Assembly: GCA_016191685.1 (NCBI GenBank)
Contig: JACPVT010000215.1
Location: 17,134 to 81,133 of the forward strand
Source: Rhodospirillales bacterium
Lineage (GTDB): Bacteria; Pseudomonadota; Alphaproteobacteria; Reyranellales; Reyranellaceae
Direction of reading: 5' to 3'
DNA length: 64,000 nt
A program made the position numbers and the translations under genes. The notes below the pieces were generated by a model. That model was not told where the DNA came from. It ran no database searches and worked only from the letters and a program-made list of their open reading frames with translations. Positions within the stretch are counted from its first letter, which is position 1, and the number at the start of each line of letters is the position of its first letter. Positions 30,233 to 40,607 of this stretch are shown piece by piece.

Positions 30233-30905
30233 CGACCGTACAGTCGGGCAACGAGATCGGGTGGCATCCCGGCCAGGAAGAGCGTCAGGCAGGAAAGATT
30301 GCGTAGCGGCCGCATCACCCAGCCATCACGCTCATAGCGCGCCGCCGAGGTGACGGCCTCGGCATCGAGCGGCACCAGGTTCTGTCGGCCCACGCGGCGG
30401 ACGAAGTCGACATCTTCCATCAGCGGCAGGGGCTTGAAGCCGTCGAGATTCTCGTAGAGAGCGCGCGCCATCAGCAGCCCCTGGTCGCCGTAGGGAAGGC
30501 CAAGCCTGCGGGCCCGCCATGACGCCAACCGTTCAGCGCGACGGGCGCGAGGGTCGGCGGAGTCGAAGCGCAGGCGGAAGTAGCCCGCTTTGCCAATGTT
30601 TGTCCGCCGTGACGTGAAGGCCCGGACGGCGTTGGCCCACCCGGGCCCCAGGACCGTGTCGGCATGCAGGAAAAGAATCCAGGAAGCGTCACCGATGATG
30701 GCACCCGCGGCGAGCTGACCGCCGCGCCCGGCAGGCGCCGTCACGACAGTCGCACCGGCCTGTCGGGCGATCACCACGGTATCGTCTTTCGATCCGCCGT
30801 CGCAGACTGCAATCGTGACCGACAGGTCGCCCTGCAGTGCCGCCAGCGTGGCGGCGAGCGTCGTGCCTGCATTCAACGTCGGAATGACGACGTCGAGGGC
30901 CGTTT
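30229..30905 (-). CDS. GT2/TIGR04283-like glycosyltransferase (start uncertain; frame open upstream of TTG 30876)
   Basis: LDVVIPTLN upstream of the tracked start; CDGGSKD, GRGGQLAAGA, LFLHADT, PYGDQGL, LMEDV, TSAARY. Confidence 0.88.
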
Positions 30906-31862
30906 CTACTGGCTGCAGGCGGCACCGCCCAGGACGCAGAATTTGGCGCAGTGCGGATGATTGAGGCGGACGGCATCGCTGCTCTCGGCCAGCGATTCAC
31001 CCAGCTCGAACTGCTGATCGTAGGGCAGGAGCGTACAGGCGACGACGGCGGGCCGCAGGGCGCCCTTGCGCTTGATCACCATGCGCGAAGAGGCGCACAT
31101 CACGCTGTCGGGCGACTTCTTCAGGATGCCCCAGCAGGCCGTGGTGATTTCCGGTACGTCGACCGTGGGATCCATCTCGGGGAACAACACCAGCGCGCCG
31201 GGGTTCTGTGCATCGATGGCGACGCCGAGGCTGGCAAACAGCCTTGCGTAGCCGGCGCGCACCGCCCCCTCGGGTTCATCCGAGAAGCGGCGGCCGGCGA
31301 CATGGACGTCGAAGCCGTTCGACGCCAGCCATGCCAGCCCGTCGATGGTTGGTTTCCAGCTTTGCGCGCCGCGCTCGGCTTCATGCAGCACCGGTCCGTG
31401 ATGGTCGACCGAGACGCGGATCGTGAGGTTCCTGCCGTGACGCCGGTGCAGATCGAGCAGCGCGGCCTTCATCTTGTGCATCGGCTTCATGGCGTTGGTC
31501 AGCACCATCGCCTTCAAGCCGCGCGACAGGACGTCGTCCAGCATCGTCGGCAGTTCGGTATTCATGAAAGGCTCGCCGCCGGTGAAGCCGATAAGTTTGG
31601 TGCCGAGCCGGTCGCGTTCGATTTCGTCCAGGTAGGAAGACACTTCGGCGGCGGTCAGGTAGACGAGCCGATCGTTCCGTGGCGAGGATTCGATGTAGCA
31701 GTTTCGACAAGTCAGATTGCACAAAGTGCCGGTGTTGAACCACAGCGTCTCGAGCGACCGAAGCGCCACCTGCGCCCGCACCTCGCCTTTGGCGGTGACC
31801 GACGGATCCCGGAATTTTCTCGGATCGAGCGGGGTAGGCGACGCCAACGCGGTAAGCGACAT
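30906..31862 (-). CDS. Radical SAM protein (ArsS-related, Cys-rich C-terminus)
   Basis: LWFNTGTLCNLTCRNCY (CX3CX2C), FTGGEPF, LTNA; C-terminal MCASSRM, ACTL, HPHCAKFCVLGGAACS. Confidence 0.88.
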   Translation of the reverse strand: MSLTALASPTPLDPRKFRDPSVTAKGEVRAQVALRSLETLWFNTGTLCNLTCRNCYIESSPRNDRLVYLTAAEVSSYLDEIERDRLGTKLIGFTGGEPFMNTELPTMLDDVLSRGLKAMVLTNAMKPMHKMKAALLDLHRRHGRNLTIRVSVDHHGPVLHEAERGAQSWKPTIDGLAWLASNGFDVHVAGRRFSDEPEGAVRAGYARLFASLGVAIDAQNPGALVLFPEMDPTVDVPEITTACWGILKKSPDSVMCASSRMVIKRKGALRPAVVACTLLPYDQQFELGESLAESSDAVRLNHPHCAKFCVLGGAACSQ

Positions 31863-32020
31863 GATCGGTCCCTGGGCATTCGTGCCGAACCAAACCTAGC
31901 ACGATCCTCGAAGGCGAAGGAATGCGTGAGGTTCCGCCGGGTGACTCACGCACGATCACGTTGGCTCGACCACACGCGATTCATTCGATACGGTTTCATT
32001 TGCGACGAAGAGGAACAGAA

Positions 32021-32611
32021 ATGCTCGACGACAAGGCTCTCGACAAGATTCTCCGCAGTGCACGGACCCACAACGGTTGGCTGCCCAAGCCCGTCACCGA
32101 CGACCAGCTGCGCGCCATCCACGACCTCCTGACATGGGGTCCGACATCGGCCAACACCCAGCCGGCGCGGTTCGTTTTCGTGCGCACCCGGGAGGGCAAG
32201 GAGAAGCTTCGGCCTGCGCTCAGCGCCGGCAACACCGAGAAGACGATGTCGGCGCCCGTGACGGCGATCGTCGCCTACGACACCCAGTTCTACGAACACC
32301 TGCCCAAGCATTTCCCGCATGACCAGACGGCGATCCACTGGTTCAAGGGCCCGGGCAAGGAAGAGGTCGCGGCGACGACGGCGTTTCGCAACGGCACGCT
32401 GCAGGGTGCCTATCTGATGATCGCGGCCCGTGCGTTGGGGCTCGATTGCGGCGCCATGAGCGGGTTCAACAACGCCATCGTCGATCAGAATTTTTTCCCT
32501 GACGGGCGCTTCAAGACCAACTTCCTGTGCAACATCGGCTATGGCGACGAGTCGAAGATCTTCGCCCGCAGTCCGCGCTTCAGCTTCGAGGGTGCCTGCA
32601 CGCTGGCTTGA
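32021..32611 (+). CDS. Malonic semialdehyde reductase/RutE-like nitroreductase
   Basis: [44 protein letters not shown]. Confidence 0.88.
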   Translation: MLDDKALDKILRSARTHNGWLPKPVTDDQLRAIHDLLTWGPTSANTQPARFVFVRTREGKEKLRPALSAGNTEKTMSAPVTAIVAYDTQFYEHLPKHFPHDQTAIHWFKGPGKEEVAATTAFRNGTLQGAYLMIAARALGLDCGAMSGFNNAIVDQNFFPDGRFKTNFLCNIGYGDESKIFARSPRFSFEGACTLA

Positions 32612-32638
32612 TCTAGAGGCCGCCTGATCTAGAGGCCG
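32609..32638. repeat. 14-bp direct repeat between convergent genes
   Basis: TGATCTAGAGGCCG at 32609-32622 and 32625-32638. Confidence 0.8.
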
Positions 32639-33324
32639 ACCATTCGGGCGATATCCTTCCAGGGCAGCGGCGCCAGCGAGATCAGCGCCGCCAGCCCAAA
32701 GCCCATGATGATCGCTCCCGAGCAGCGGTTCAGCCACAGCAAGCCAGCGCCGGTGAAACGGGCGCGGAGCGCGACGGCGGCGGCACAGAGGATCGTCCAC
32801 CACGCCAGCGCCCCGCAAAAAACGGCCGCCACAAGAAGGGCGGCATCGGGCAGGCTGGCGCCGACGCCAGCCAGGTTTCGGCCCGCGAAGGCGGCACCGA
32901 AGGCCATCACGGTCAACGGATTGAAGACGGTGATGAAGAAGCTCGAGCTGGCGTATTGGAAATGCGTCGCCACCCGGTGCTCGAGATCGTCGGCCACCGG
33001 ATCGCCGACGGTGCGCGGGCGATGGCGCATCGTGGTCCAGCCCATGACCGTCAGCACCACGCCGCCGATACCGAGCAGCCAGGCTTCACGCCGGGCAACG
33101 AAATCCTCGACGAAGGAAAGGCCGAAGGCCGCCACCGCGCCGAACACCGCGTCGCCGAGCGCCGCGCCGACGCCGGTCATGTAGCCGGCCACTGCGCCGA
33201 CCGTGATCGAACGGCGGATGCAGAGTGCCGCCGCCGGCCCTACCGGGACCGCGATCATGAAGCCGATGATCGTGCCCTCGATCGCGAGTGCGATTGGATT
33301 GAAGGCGAATCCCGGGACGTTCAT
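32629..33324 (-). CDS. LysE family translocator
   Basis: GFMIAVPVGP, GAALGD, ITVFNPLT, GALAWW, LNRCSG. Confidence 0.88.
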   Translation of the reverse strand: MNVPGFAFNPIALAIEGTIIGFMIAVPVGPAAALCIRRSITVGAVAGYMTGVGAALGDAVFGAVAAFGLSFVEDFVARREAWLLGIGGVVLTVMGWTTMRHRPRTVGDPVADDLEHRVATHFQYASSSFFITVFNPLTVMAFGAAFAGRNLAGVGASLPDAALLVAAVFCGALAWWTILCAAAVALRARFTGAGLLWLNRCSGAIIMGFGLAALISLAPLPWKDIARMVGL

Positions 33325-33331
33325 CGCCGCT

Positions 33332-34195
33332 CTACAGCTTCTCGGCCGCGAAACGGCGCGGCGGTGAAACCAGTCGATCCTGTGCCGCGACGAGCTGAAG
33401 TTCGCGCTCGCCGAGTTGGTGCGTGGTCTCCAGCACGGCGAAGATCGACGAGGCCGCCCGGCCGAGCGCATCTGCCACGTCGCCACCAGCCAGCCAATGG
33501 GCCGTGAACAGGGCGGCAACGGCATCGCCTGTCCCGTTCGGCGCGATCTCGAACCCGATCAGCGGCGTGGCGATCCGCCAGGCAGCGTCGCGGCTGACCG
33601 CAACCATTTCGATCTGGTCGGCGGCTGCATCGGCGCGCCGCAGGCTGGTGATCAACACGAGCTTTGGACCTGCGTTTGGACCCCCTAGCAGGCTGCGGGC
33701 GGCGGCGAGCGCCTCCGTCATGGTCGAGACCTTGGTGCCCGTGAGGTGTTCCAGCTCAAAATGATTGGGCGTGACGAGATCAGCCGCCGGTATGGCACGC
33801 TCGCGAAAGAAAGCGTCGATGCCGGGCTTCACGTAGATGCCGGTGTCGATATCGCCCAGCACCGGGTCGCAGCACCATATCGCCCTGGGGTTGGCGGCCC
33901 GGACGCGGCGCGCGGTGTCGAGCACGACGTCGGCCAGGGCGGCATCGCCGACATAGCCGGTCAGCAACGCGTCGCAGCTGGGCAGCAGGCCCAGTGCTTC
34001 GATGCCCTGCACGATCTCAGCCACCTGATCGGCAGGGGCGGTGCGCCCGCGCCAGGCGCCGTAGCCGGTGTGGTTCGAGAACTCGACCGTGTTGACCGCC
34101 CAGACCTCGTGGCCCAATCGTTGCAGGGGAAATGTTGCTGCCCGATTGCCGACATAGCCGTAGGCAACATGGCTCTGGAGCGAGAGGAAGCGCAT
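33332..34195 (-). CDS. pdxY: Pyridoxal kinase
   Basis: LSLQSHVAYGYVGN, FSNHTGY, CDPVLGD, TPNHFE, NGTGD. Confidence 0.92.
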   Translation of the reverse strand: MRFLSLQSHVAYGYVGNRAATFPLQRLGHEVWAVNTVEFSNHTGYGAWRGRTAPADQVAEIVQGIEALGLLPSCDALLTGYVGDAALADVVLDTARRVRAANPRAIWCCDPVLGDIDTGIYVKPGIDAFFRERAIPAADLVTPNHFELEHLTGTKVSTMTEALAAARSLLGGPNAGPKLVLITSLRRADAAADQIEMVAVSRDAAWRIATPLIGFEIAPNGTGDAVAALFTAHWLAGGDVADALGRAASSIFAVLETTHQLGERELQLVAAQDRLVSPPRRFAAEKL

Positions 34196-34260
34196 GGCCG
34201 CAGCCAGCTTGCCACAAGGAGGCCCGTCATTATAGTCCGCCGCGTTTCCGGGAGCCTTAG

Positions 34261-35136
34261 ATGAAAACCGTCCGTCCGCGCCGCAGCGTCCTCTATATGC
34301 CGGGTGCCAACACGCGCGCCCTCGAGAAGGCCCGGACTTTGCCGGCCGATGCGCTGATCTTCGACCTCGAGGACGCCGTGGCGCCCGACGCCAAGGAAGC
34401 GGCGCGCGCCAACGTCGTGACGGCGGCCCGCAGCAAGGCCTACGGCAAGCGCGAGATCGCGATCCGCTGCAACGGCCTCGCCACGCCCTGGGGCAAGGCC
34501 GATGCGGCGGCGATCGCCACATCGGGCGCCGACGCCATTCTGGTTCCCAAGGTCGAAAGTGCCGCCGATGTCGCTGCCGTCGTGGCGCTGCTCGATGCCG
34601 CGGGTGCGCCGGCCTCGATGGCGGTGTGGGCGATGGTGGAAACGCCGCGGGCCATCCTGCGGGCCGAGGAGATCGCGGGCTCGCATTCCAGGCTCACGCT
34701 GTTCGTCATGGGTACCAACGATCTGGTGAAGGACATGCGCGCCCGTCATACGCCGATGCGCCTGCCGATGATCGCGGCCCTCGGTATCGGCATGCTGGCG
34801 GCGCGGGCCTATGGACTCACTATCCTCGACGGCGTCTACAACGACATTCAGGACACTGAGGGCTTCCGCGCCGTCTGCCAGCAAGGGCTGGAGATGGGCT
34901 TCGACGGCAAGACGCTGATTCATCCCAGCCAGGTCGAGCCTTGCAACGAGGTCTTTGCGCCGTCGCCCGCCGAGCTCGAGATGGCCGGCAAGATCGTCGC
35001 CGCTTTCACGGCGGCGCAGGCCGAGGGCAAAGGTGTCGTCACGGTCGATGGCCGCATGATCGAGAACCTCCACGTCGAGCAGGCCGAACGCGCACTCGCG
35101 CTCGCTGCCGCGATCAAGGAGCTGCAGGCAGCATGA
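34261..35136 (+). CDS. CitE/HpcH-HpaI family CoA ester lyase (malyl-CoA thioesterase/lyase-like)
   Basis: RPRRSVLYMPG, FDLEDAV, MGTNDL, DGVYN, GFDGKTLIHP. Confidence 0.88.
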   Translation: MKTVRPRRSVLYMPGANTRALEKARTLPADALIFDLEDAVAPDAKEAARANVVTAARSKAYGKREIAIRCNGLATPWGKADAAAIATSGADAILVPKVESAADVAAVVALLDAAGAPASMAVWAMVETPRAILRAEEIAGSHSRLTLFVMGTNDLVKDMRARHTPMRLPMIAALGIGMLAARAYGLTILDGVYNDIQDTEGFRAVCQQGLEMGFDGKTLIHPSQVEPCNEVFAPSPAELEMAGKIVAAFTAAQAEGKGVVTVDGRMIENLHVEQAERALALAAAIKELQAA

Positions 35137-36185
35137 GCAAGACCAGCACCGGCAATTTCTTCGAGGATTTCCGCGTCGGCCAGGAAATCCGCCACGCCAC
35201 GCCGCGGACGCTCACCGAGGCCGATGCGGCGCTGAACATCGCGCTCTACGGCTCGCGCTTCGCGATCAATTCGTCCGACGAGTTTGCCCGCAAGCTCGGT
35301 CTGCCGCGCGCGCCGCTCGACGATCTGCTCGTCTTCCATGTCGTGATCGGCAAGACGGTGCCCGACATCTCGCTGAATGCCGTGGCTAACCTGGGCTACG
35401 CCGAGTTCCGCTGGGGCGTGCCGGTCTACCCAGGCGATACGCTGTCGGCGCACTCGAAGGTCCTGGGCTTGCGCGAGAATTCCAACAAGGCGAGTGGCGT
35501 CGTCTGGGTGCGCTCGACCGGCGTCAATCAACGCGGCGAGATGGTGCTCGACTATGTGCGCTGGGTGATGGTGCACAAGCGCGATCCTGCGGCCGCCGTG
35601 CCCGAGACCGTGGTCCCCAAGACCGCCGCCTCGGTAGCGCCGGCCGACCTCATCGTCCCGGCCGGCCTGTCGCTTGCCGCCTATGACGATGTCGCCGCCG
35701 GCTCGCCCTATCGCTGGGAAGACTACGAGGCCGGCGAGCGCATCGATCATGTCAGCGGCATGACGCTCGAGGATTCCGACCACATGTTCTCGACGCGGCT
35801 CTACCAGAATACCGCACGGGTGCATTTCGATGCCTTCGCGGGCAAGGACACGCGCTTCGGCCGACGTCTTGCCTACGGCGGGCATGTGATCTCGCTGGCG
35901 CGCGCGCTGTCGTTCAACGGCCTGGCCAACGGCTTCCGCGTCGCGGCCATCAATGCCGGCAGCCATGTCGCGCCAACTTTCGGTGGCGACACGATTTACG
36001 CCTGGTCGGAAGTGCTGGAGAAGGCGCCGCTTCCGGGTAGTGCCGATGTGGGCGCGTTGCGAGTGAGAAGCATCGCAGCCAAGGACTGTCCTTGCGGCAC
36101 CTGGCCGGGCAAAGGACCAGACGGCAAGTATCATCCGGCCGTCGTGCTCGACCTCGACTATTGGCTGCTGCTGCCGCGGCGCTAG
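35133..36185 (+). CDS. mch: Double hot-dog MaoC dehydratase (mesaconyl-CoA hydratase-like)
   Basis: MSKTSTGNFFEDF, HATPRT, TVPDISLNAVANLGY, YQNTARVHF; ATGA coupling to the upstream gene. Confidence 0.8.
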   Translation: MSKTSTGNFFEDFRVGQEIRHATPRTLTEADAALNIALYGSRFAINSSDEFARKLGLPRAPLDDLLVFHVVIGKTVPDISLNAVANLGYAEFRWGVPVYPGDTLSAHSKVLGLRENSNKASGVVWVRSTGVNQRGEMVLDYVRWVMVHKRDPAAAVPETVVPKTAASVAPADLIVPAGLSLAAYDDVAAGSPYRWEDYEAGERIDHVSGMTLEDSDHMFSTRLYQNTARVHFDAFAGKDTRFGRRLAYGGHVISLARALSFNGLANGFRVAAINAGSHVAPTFGGDTIYAWSEVLEKAPLPGSADVGALRVRSIAAKDCPCGTWPGKGPDGKYHPAVVLDLDYWLLLPRR

Positions 36186-36302
36186 GCGAATTTGGCAGCG
36201 AAATCCGGGGCTTAACCTATGGAAAGAGCCGACATTCGTTGACTTGGGGCCGCTGAGCGCTAAAAAAGCTCAGCCGATTTTGGCAAGTGAGGTTCCCACG
36301 CG

Positions 36303-36701
36303 ATGAGCGTCGCCAATCGGCCGGTGCACCGGCCGCTTTCCCCGCATCTGCAGGTCTATCGGCCGCAGCTCACTTCGGTCCTTTCCATTCTGCATCGGGC
36401 GACCGGGATCGCGCTCTCGGTGGGCGCGCTCTATCTCGCGACCTGGGTGATCTATGCCGCGGCGAGCCCAAAGGCCTACGCTTTGTTCCAGGGCTTCAAC
36501 ACGTCGATCGCGGGCCGCATCGTGCTCGGCGGCTGGTTGTTCTGCGCCTTCTATCATCTGTGCAACGGCATCCGGCATCTGTTCTGGGACGCGGGCTACG
36601 GCTTCGAGCTGAAGGACGCCTATCGCAGCGGCTGGATCGTGGTCGCTGTCTCGCTGATCGCCACGGCGGTGTCGTGGATCGTCGGCCTCAGGCTGGTGTG
36701 A
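36303..36701 (+). CDS. sdhC: Succinate dehydrogenase cytochrome b556 subunit
   Basis: RPLSPHLQVY, SILHRATG, HLCNGIRHLFWD. Confidence 0.96.
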   Translation: MSVANRPVHRPLSPHLQVYRPQLTSVLSILHRATGIALSVGALYLATWVIYAAASPKAYALFQGFNTSIAGRIVLGGWLFCAFYHLCNGIRHLFWDAGYGFELKDAYRSGWIVVAVSLIATAVSWIVGLRLV

Positions 36702-36711
36702 GGAGCGACCG

Positions 36712-37095
36712 ATGAGCGATCTCAGGACTCCTCTCGCCCGCGCCCGAGGCCTCGGTTCGGCCCGCGACGGTCTTCATCATTGGTGGGCACAGCGGCTCAC
36801 GGCCATTGCGTTGATCCCGCTGGTCGTATGGTTCGCGATCTCGCTGGTGATGCTGAGCGGCGCCGACTACGACATCGCGCGCGCCTGGATCGGCTCGCCG
36901 CTGGTCATGGTGCTGCTGATCCTGACGATCAGCATCGGCCTGCATCACGGCCAGCTCGGCATACAAGTGGTGATCGAGGACTATGTTCACGGCGACGGCT
37001 GGAAGCTGGCGCTGATCGTGGCGGTCAGATTCATCGCGGTGATTTTCGGCTTGGCCGCCATCGTGGCCATCCTGCGTATCGGACTCGGAGGCTGA
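36712..37095 (+). CDS. sdhD: Succinate dehydrogenase membrane anchor
   Basis: [26 protein letters not shown]. Confidence 0.96.
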   Translation: MSDLRTPLARARGLGSARDGLHHWWAQRLTAIALIPLVVWFAISLVMLSGADYDIARAWIGSPLVMVLLILTISIGLHHGQLGIQVVIEDYVHGDGWKLALIVAVRFIAVIFGLAAIVAILRIGLGG

Positions 37096-37096
37096 G

Positions 37097-38941
37097 ATGG
37101 CGGAGGCGAGCAGCGGCAAGAGTAATGGCGCCGCGCCGGGCACGGTCAATGTCGGCGGTCGTTCCTACACGGTGATCGACCACGAATACGACGTCGTGGT
37201 GGTGGGTGCCGGCGGCGCCGGCCTGCGCGCCACGTTGGGCATGGCCGAGAAGGGCCTGAAGACCGCCTGCGTCACCAAGGTGTTCCCGACCCGTAGCCAC
37301 ACCGTGGCAGCACAGGGCGGCATTTCCGCCTCGCTCGGCAATATGGGTCCCGACGACTGGCGCTGGCACATGTACGACACCGTGAAGGGCTCGGACTGGC
37401 TGGGCGACCAGGACGCCATCGAATACATGGTCCGCGAGGCGATTCCGGCCATCGTCGAGCTCGAACACTATGGTGTTCCCTTCAGCCGCACGCCCGAAGG
37501 CAAGATCTACCAGCGCCCGTTCGGCGGCATGACCACCGAATTCGGCAAGGGCATCGCCCAGCGCACCTGCGCCGCCGCCGACCGCACCGGCCACGCCATC
37601 CTGCACACGCTCTATCAGCAGTCGTTGAAGCATCACGCCGAGTTCTTCATCGAGTATTTTGCCATCGACCTCATCATGGACGAGCAAGGCGCGTGCTGCG
37701 GCGTCATGGCGTGGAACCTCGACGACGGCACGATCCATCGCTTCCGCGCCCACATGGTGGTGCTGGCGACCGGCGGCTACGGCCGCATCTATTTCACCGC
37801 CACCTCGGCACACACCTGCACCGGTGACGGCGGCGCCATGGCGATGCGCGCCGGACTGCCGATCCAGGATATGGAGTTCATCCAATTCCATCCCACCGGC
37901 GTCTATGGTGCGGGCTGCCTGATCACCGAGGGTGTGCGCGGCGAGGGCGGCTATGTCACCAACGCCAGCGGCGAGCGCTTCATGGAGCGCTACGCGCCAT
38001 CGGCCAAGGATCTCGCCTCGCGCGACGTCGTCAGCCGCTCGATGACCATCGAGATCCGCGAAGGTCGCGGCTGCGGCCCCAACAAGGATTACATCGAGCT
38101 GCACGTCGAGCATCTCGACCCCAAGGTCATTCACGAGCGCCTGCCGGGTATCGCCGAGACCGCGCGCATTTTTGCCGGCGTCGACGTCACGCGTCAGCCG
38201 ATCCCGATCCTGCCGACCTGCCACTACAACATGGGTGGCATCCCGACCAACGTTCACTGCGAAGTGGTGACGGTGAAGGACGGCGACCCCAACCATGTCG
38301 TACCCGGCCTGATGGCGGTGGGCGAAGCCGCCTGCGTCTCGGTCCACGGTGCCAACCGGCTCGGCTCCAATTCGCTGCTCGATCTCGTGGTGTTCGGCCG
38401 CGCTGCCGCTATTCGCGCCGGCAAGGTGCTGACACCGGGCATGGCGCACCGTCAGATGCCGCACGCCGGCGAGGCCGCCATTGCGCGCCTCGACCGCCTT
38501 CGCCATGCCTCGGGCAGCACAGGGACCGCCCAGCTTCGTGTCGAGATGCAGCGCATCATGCAGAATGACTGTGCGGTGTTCCGCACGCAGCAGAGCCTCG
38601 ATGAAGGCTGCGCCAAGATGGACAAGGTGTTCGTCGGCGCCACCGACATCCGGGTCAAGGACCGCTCGATGATCTGGAATTCCGATCTCGTGGAAACGCT
38701 GGAGTTCGAGAATCTCGTCGTGCAGGCCCAGGGCACCATCCGCTCGGCGGCCAACCGCAAGGAAAGCCGTGGCGCGCATGCCCGCGAGGATCATCCGGAA
38801 CGCGACGACAAGGAATGGATGAAGCACACGGTCGTGTGGGTCGAGGAGAACGGAAAGACCCGCATCGACTACAGGCCGGTCAGCCTGCAGCCGATGTCGA
38901 ACGACGTGCAATCCTTCCCGCCCAAAGCTCGTGTGTATTAG
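37097..38941 (+). CDS. sdhA: Succinate dehydrogenase flavoprotein subunit
   Basis: [42 protein letters not shown]. Confidence 0.97.
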   Translation: MAEASSGKSNGAAPGTVNVGGRSYTVIDHEYDVVVVGAGGAGLRATLGMAEKGLKTACVTKVFPTRSHTVAAQGGISASLGNMGPDDWRWHMYDTVKGSDWLGDQDAIEYMVREAIPAIVELEHYGVPFSRTPEGKIYQRPFGGMTTEFGKGIAQRTCAAADRTGHAILHTLYQQSLKHHAEFFIEYFAIDLIMDEQGACCGVMAWNLDDGTIHRFRAHMVVLATGGYGRIYFTATSAHTCTGDGGAMAMRAGLPIQDMEFIQFHPTGVYGAGCLITEGVRGEGGYVTNASGERFMERYAPSAKDLASRDVVSRSMTIEIREGRGCGPNKDYIELHVEHLDPKVIHERLPGIAETARIFAGVDVTRQPIPILPTCHYNMGGIPTNVHCEVVTVKDGDPNHVVPGLMAVGEAACVSVHGANRLGSNSLLDLVVFGRAAAIRAGKVLTPGMAHRQMPHAGEAAIARLDRLRHASGSTGTAQLRVEMQRIMQNDCAVFRTQQSLDEGCAKMDKVFVGATDIRVKDRSMIWNSDLVETLEFENLVVQAQGTIRSAANRKESRGAHAREDHPERDDKEWMKHTVVWVEENGKTRIDYRPVSLQPMSNDVQSFPPKARVY

Positions 38942-38949
38942 AGGCACAG

Positions 38950-39642
38950 ATGGCTGAATTCGCACTGCCCGCCAATTCCAAGATCGGCGTCGGCGAGACC
39001 TACAAGGCGGCGGCGGGAACCAAGAACGTCAAGACGTTCAAGGTCTATCGCTGGACGCCGGATGACGGCAAGAAGCCCAGCGTCGACACCTACGAAGTCG
39101 ACATGAACAGCTGCGGGCCCATGGTTCTCGACGCGCTGATCAAGATCAAGAACGAGATCGACAGCTCGCTCACCTTCCGCCGCTCGTGCCGCGAGGGTGT
39201 GTGTGGTTCGTGCGCCATGAACATCGACGGCACCAACACGCTGGCCTGCACCAAGTTCATCGACGACGTGAAGGGCGACATCAAGATCTACCCGCTGCCG
39301 CACATGCCGGTGGTCCGCGATCTGGTGCCCGATCTCAACGTGCCCTACGCCCAGCTCGCCTCGATCGAGCCGTGGCTGAAGTCGAAGAGCCAGCCGCCGA
39401 CCCGCGAGCGCCTGCAATCGCACGAGGAGCGCGCCAAGCTCGACGGCCTGTGGGAATGCATCCTCTGCTTCTGCTGCACCACCTCGTGCCCGAGCTACTG
39501 GTGGGCCGGCGAACGCTATCTCGGCCCCGCCGTGCTGCTGCAGGCCTACCGCTGGATGGCCGACAGCCGCGACGATGCCGTCGGCGAGCGGCTTGACGCG
39601 CTCGAGGATCCGTTCCGTCTCTATCGCTGCCATACGCCGTGA
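38950..39642 (+). pseudogene. sdhB: Succinate dehydrogenase iron-sulfur subunit, C-terminally truncated
   Basis: [13 protein letters not shown] and [12 protein letters not shown] present; ends YRCHTP* instead of continuing with the third Cys motif CHTIMNCxxxCP. Confidence 0.85.
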
Positions 39643-40544
39643 ACACCGGCCTGGCCGGCTTCTCCTTTGCCGACAGCCAGGGCAAGTGGACCGGCCTCGA
39701 CGTCGATCTCTGCAAGGCGATCGCCGCCGCGCTGTTCGGCGACGCGGAAAAGGTCAAGTTCACCCCGACCACGGCGCAGCAGCGCTTCGTGGCGCTGCAG
39801 TCGGGCGAGGTCGACGTCATCACGCGCAATGCGACGCAGACGCTGATGCGCGACACCGCGCTCGGCTTCAACATCGCCGGCGTCAACTTCTACGATGGCC
39901 AGGGCTTCATCGTGCCGACCAAGAGCGGCATCAAGAGCGCCAAGGAGCTGAACGGCGCTACCATCTGCGTCCAGCCCGGTACGACCACGGAACTCAACCT
40001 CGCCGACTATTTCCGCGCCAACAAGATGACCTTCAAGCCGGTGCTGATCGAGAAGCTCGACGAGTTGCTGCAGGCCTACGCCTCCGGCCGCTGCGATTCC
40101 TACACGACCGACGCCTCGGGCCTGGCGGCCGTGCGGGCCGGCCAGCTCGCCGGCAAGGGCGAGCATACGATCCTGCCGGAGCGTATCTCCAAGGAGCCGC
40201 TGGGCCCGATCGTGCGCCACGGCGACGACCAGTGGCTCGATCTCGTGAAATGGGTCCTGATCGGGATGATCGAGGCCGAGGAATACGGCATCACCTCGAA
40301 GAACGTCGACGCGATGCTGAAGACCGACGATCCTGCGATCAAGCGCTTTCTCGGCGTCACGCCGGGCTACGGCAAGGCGGTCGGTGTTGACTAGAAGTGG
40401 ATGTACAACGTCGTCAAGCAGGTCGGGAATTACGGCGAGAGCTACGACCGCAACGTCGGTCCGGCCACGCCGCTCAAACTCGAGCGCGGCCAGAACGCGC
40501 TGTGGACCAAGGGTGGCCTGATGTACGCCATCCCGTTCCGCTGA
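39637..40544 (+). pseudogene. aapJ: General L-amino acid ABC transporter substrate-binding protein (AapJ-like), N-terminus missing, in-frame TAG at 40392
   Basis: VNTGLAGFS...GLDVDLCKAIAAA, YDGQGF, ICVQPGTTTE, ISKEPLGP; after the TAG the frame continues KWMYNVVKQVGNYGE...GGLMYAIPFR*; no signal peptide. Confidence 0.85.
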
Positions 40545-40550
40545 TCTTAT

Positions 40551-40601
40551 GGACCGCGAGCCTCAGGCTCGCTCATGAGGCGAGCCAGAGGCTCGCGGTC
40601 C
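40551..40601. repeat. REP-like palindromic doublet
   Basis: GGACCGCGAGCCTCAGGCTCGC ... GCGAGCCAGAGGCTCGCGGTCC: 22-bp inverted arms with one mismatch, each arm itself palindromic; lies between convergent genes. Confidence 0.75.
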
Positions 40602-40607
40602 GGAAAA

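Noticed and set aside
37031-38965. Long antisense ORFs over sdhA and similarly over phaA, ggt, the SBP and amidase genes
   Set aside because: Stop-poor reverse frames caused by GC3 bias; no recognisable motifs.
40392-40394. TAG recoding (pyrrolysine or alternative genetic code)
   Set aside because: Many genes in the window end normally in TAG, no pyl genes are visible, and the gene is already truncated.
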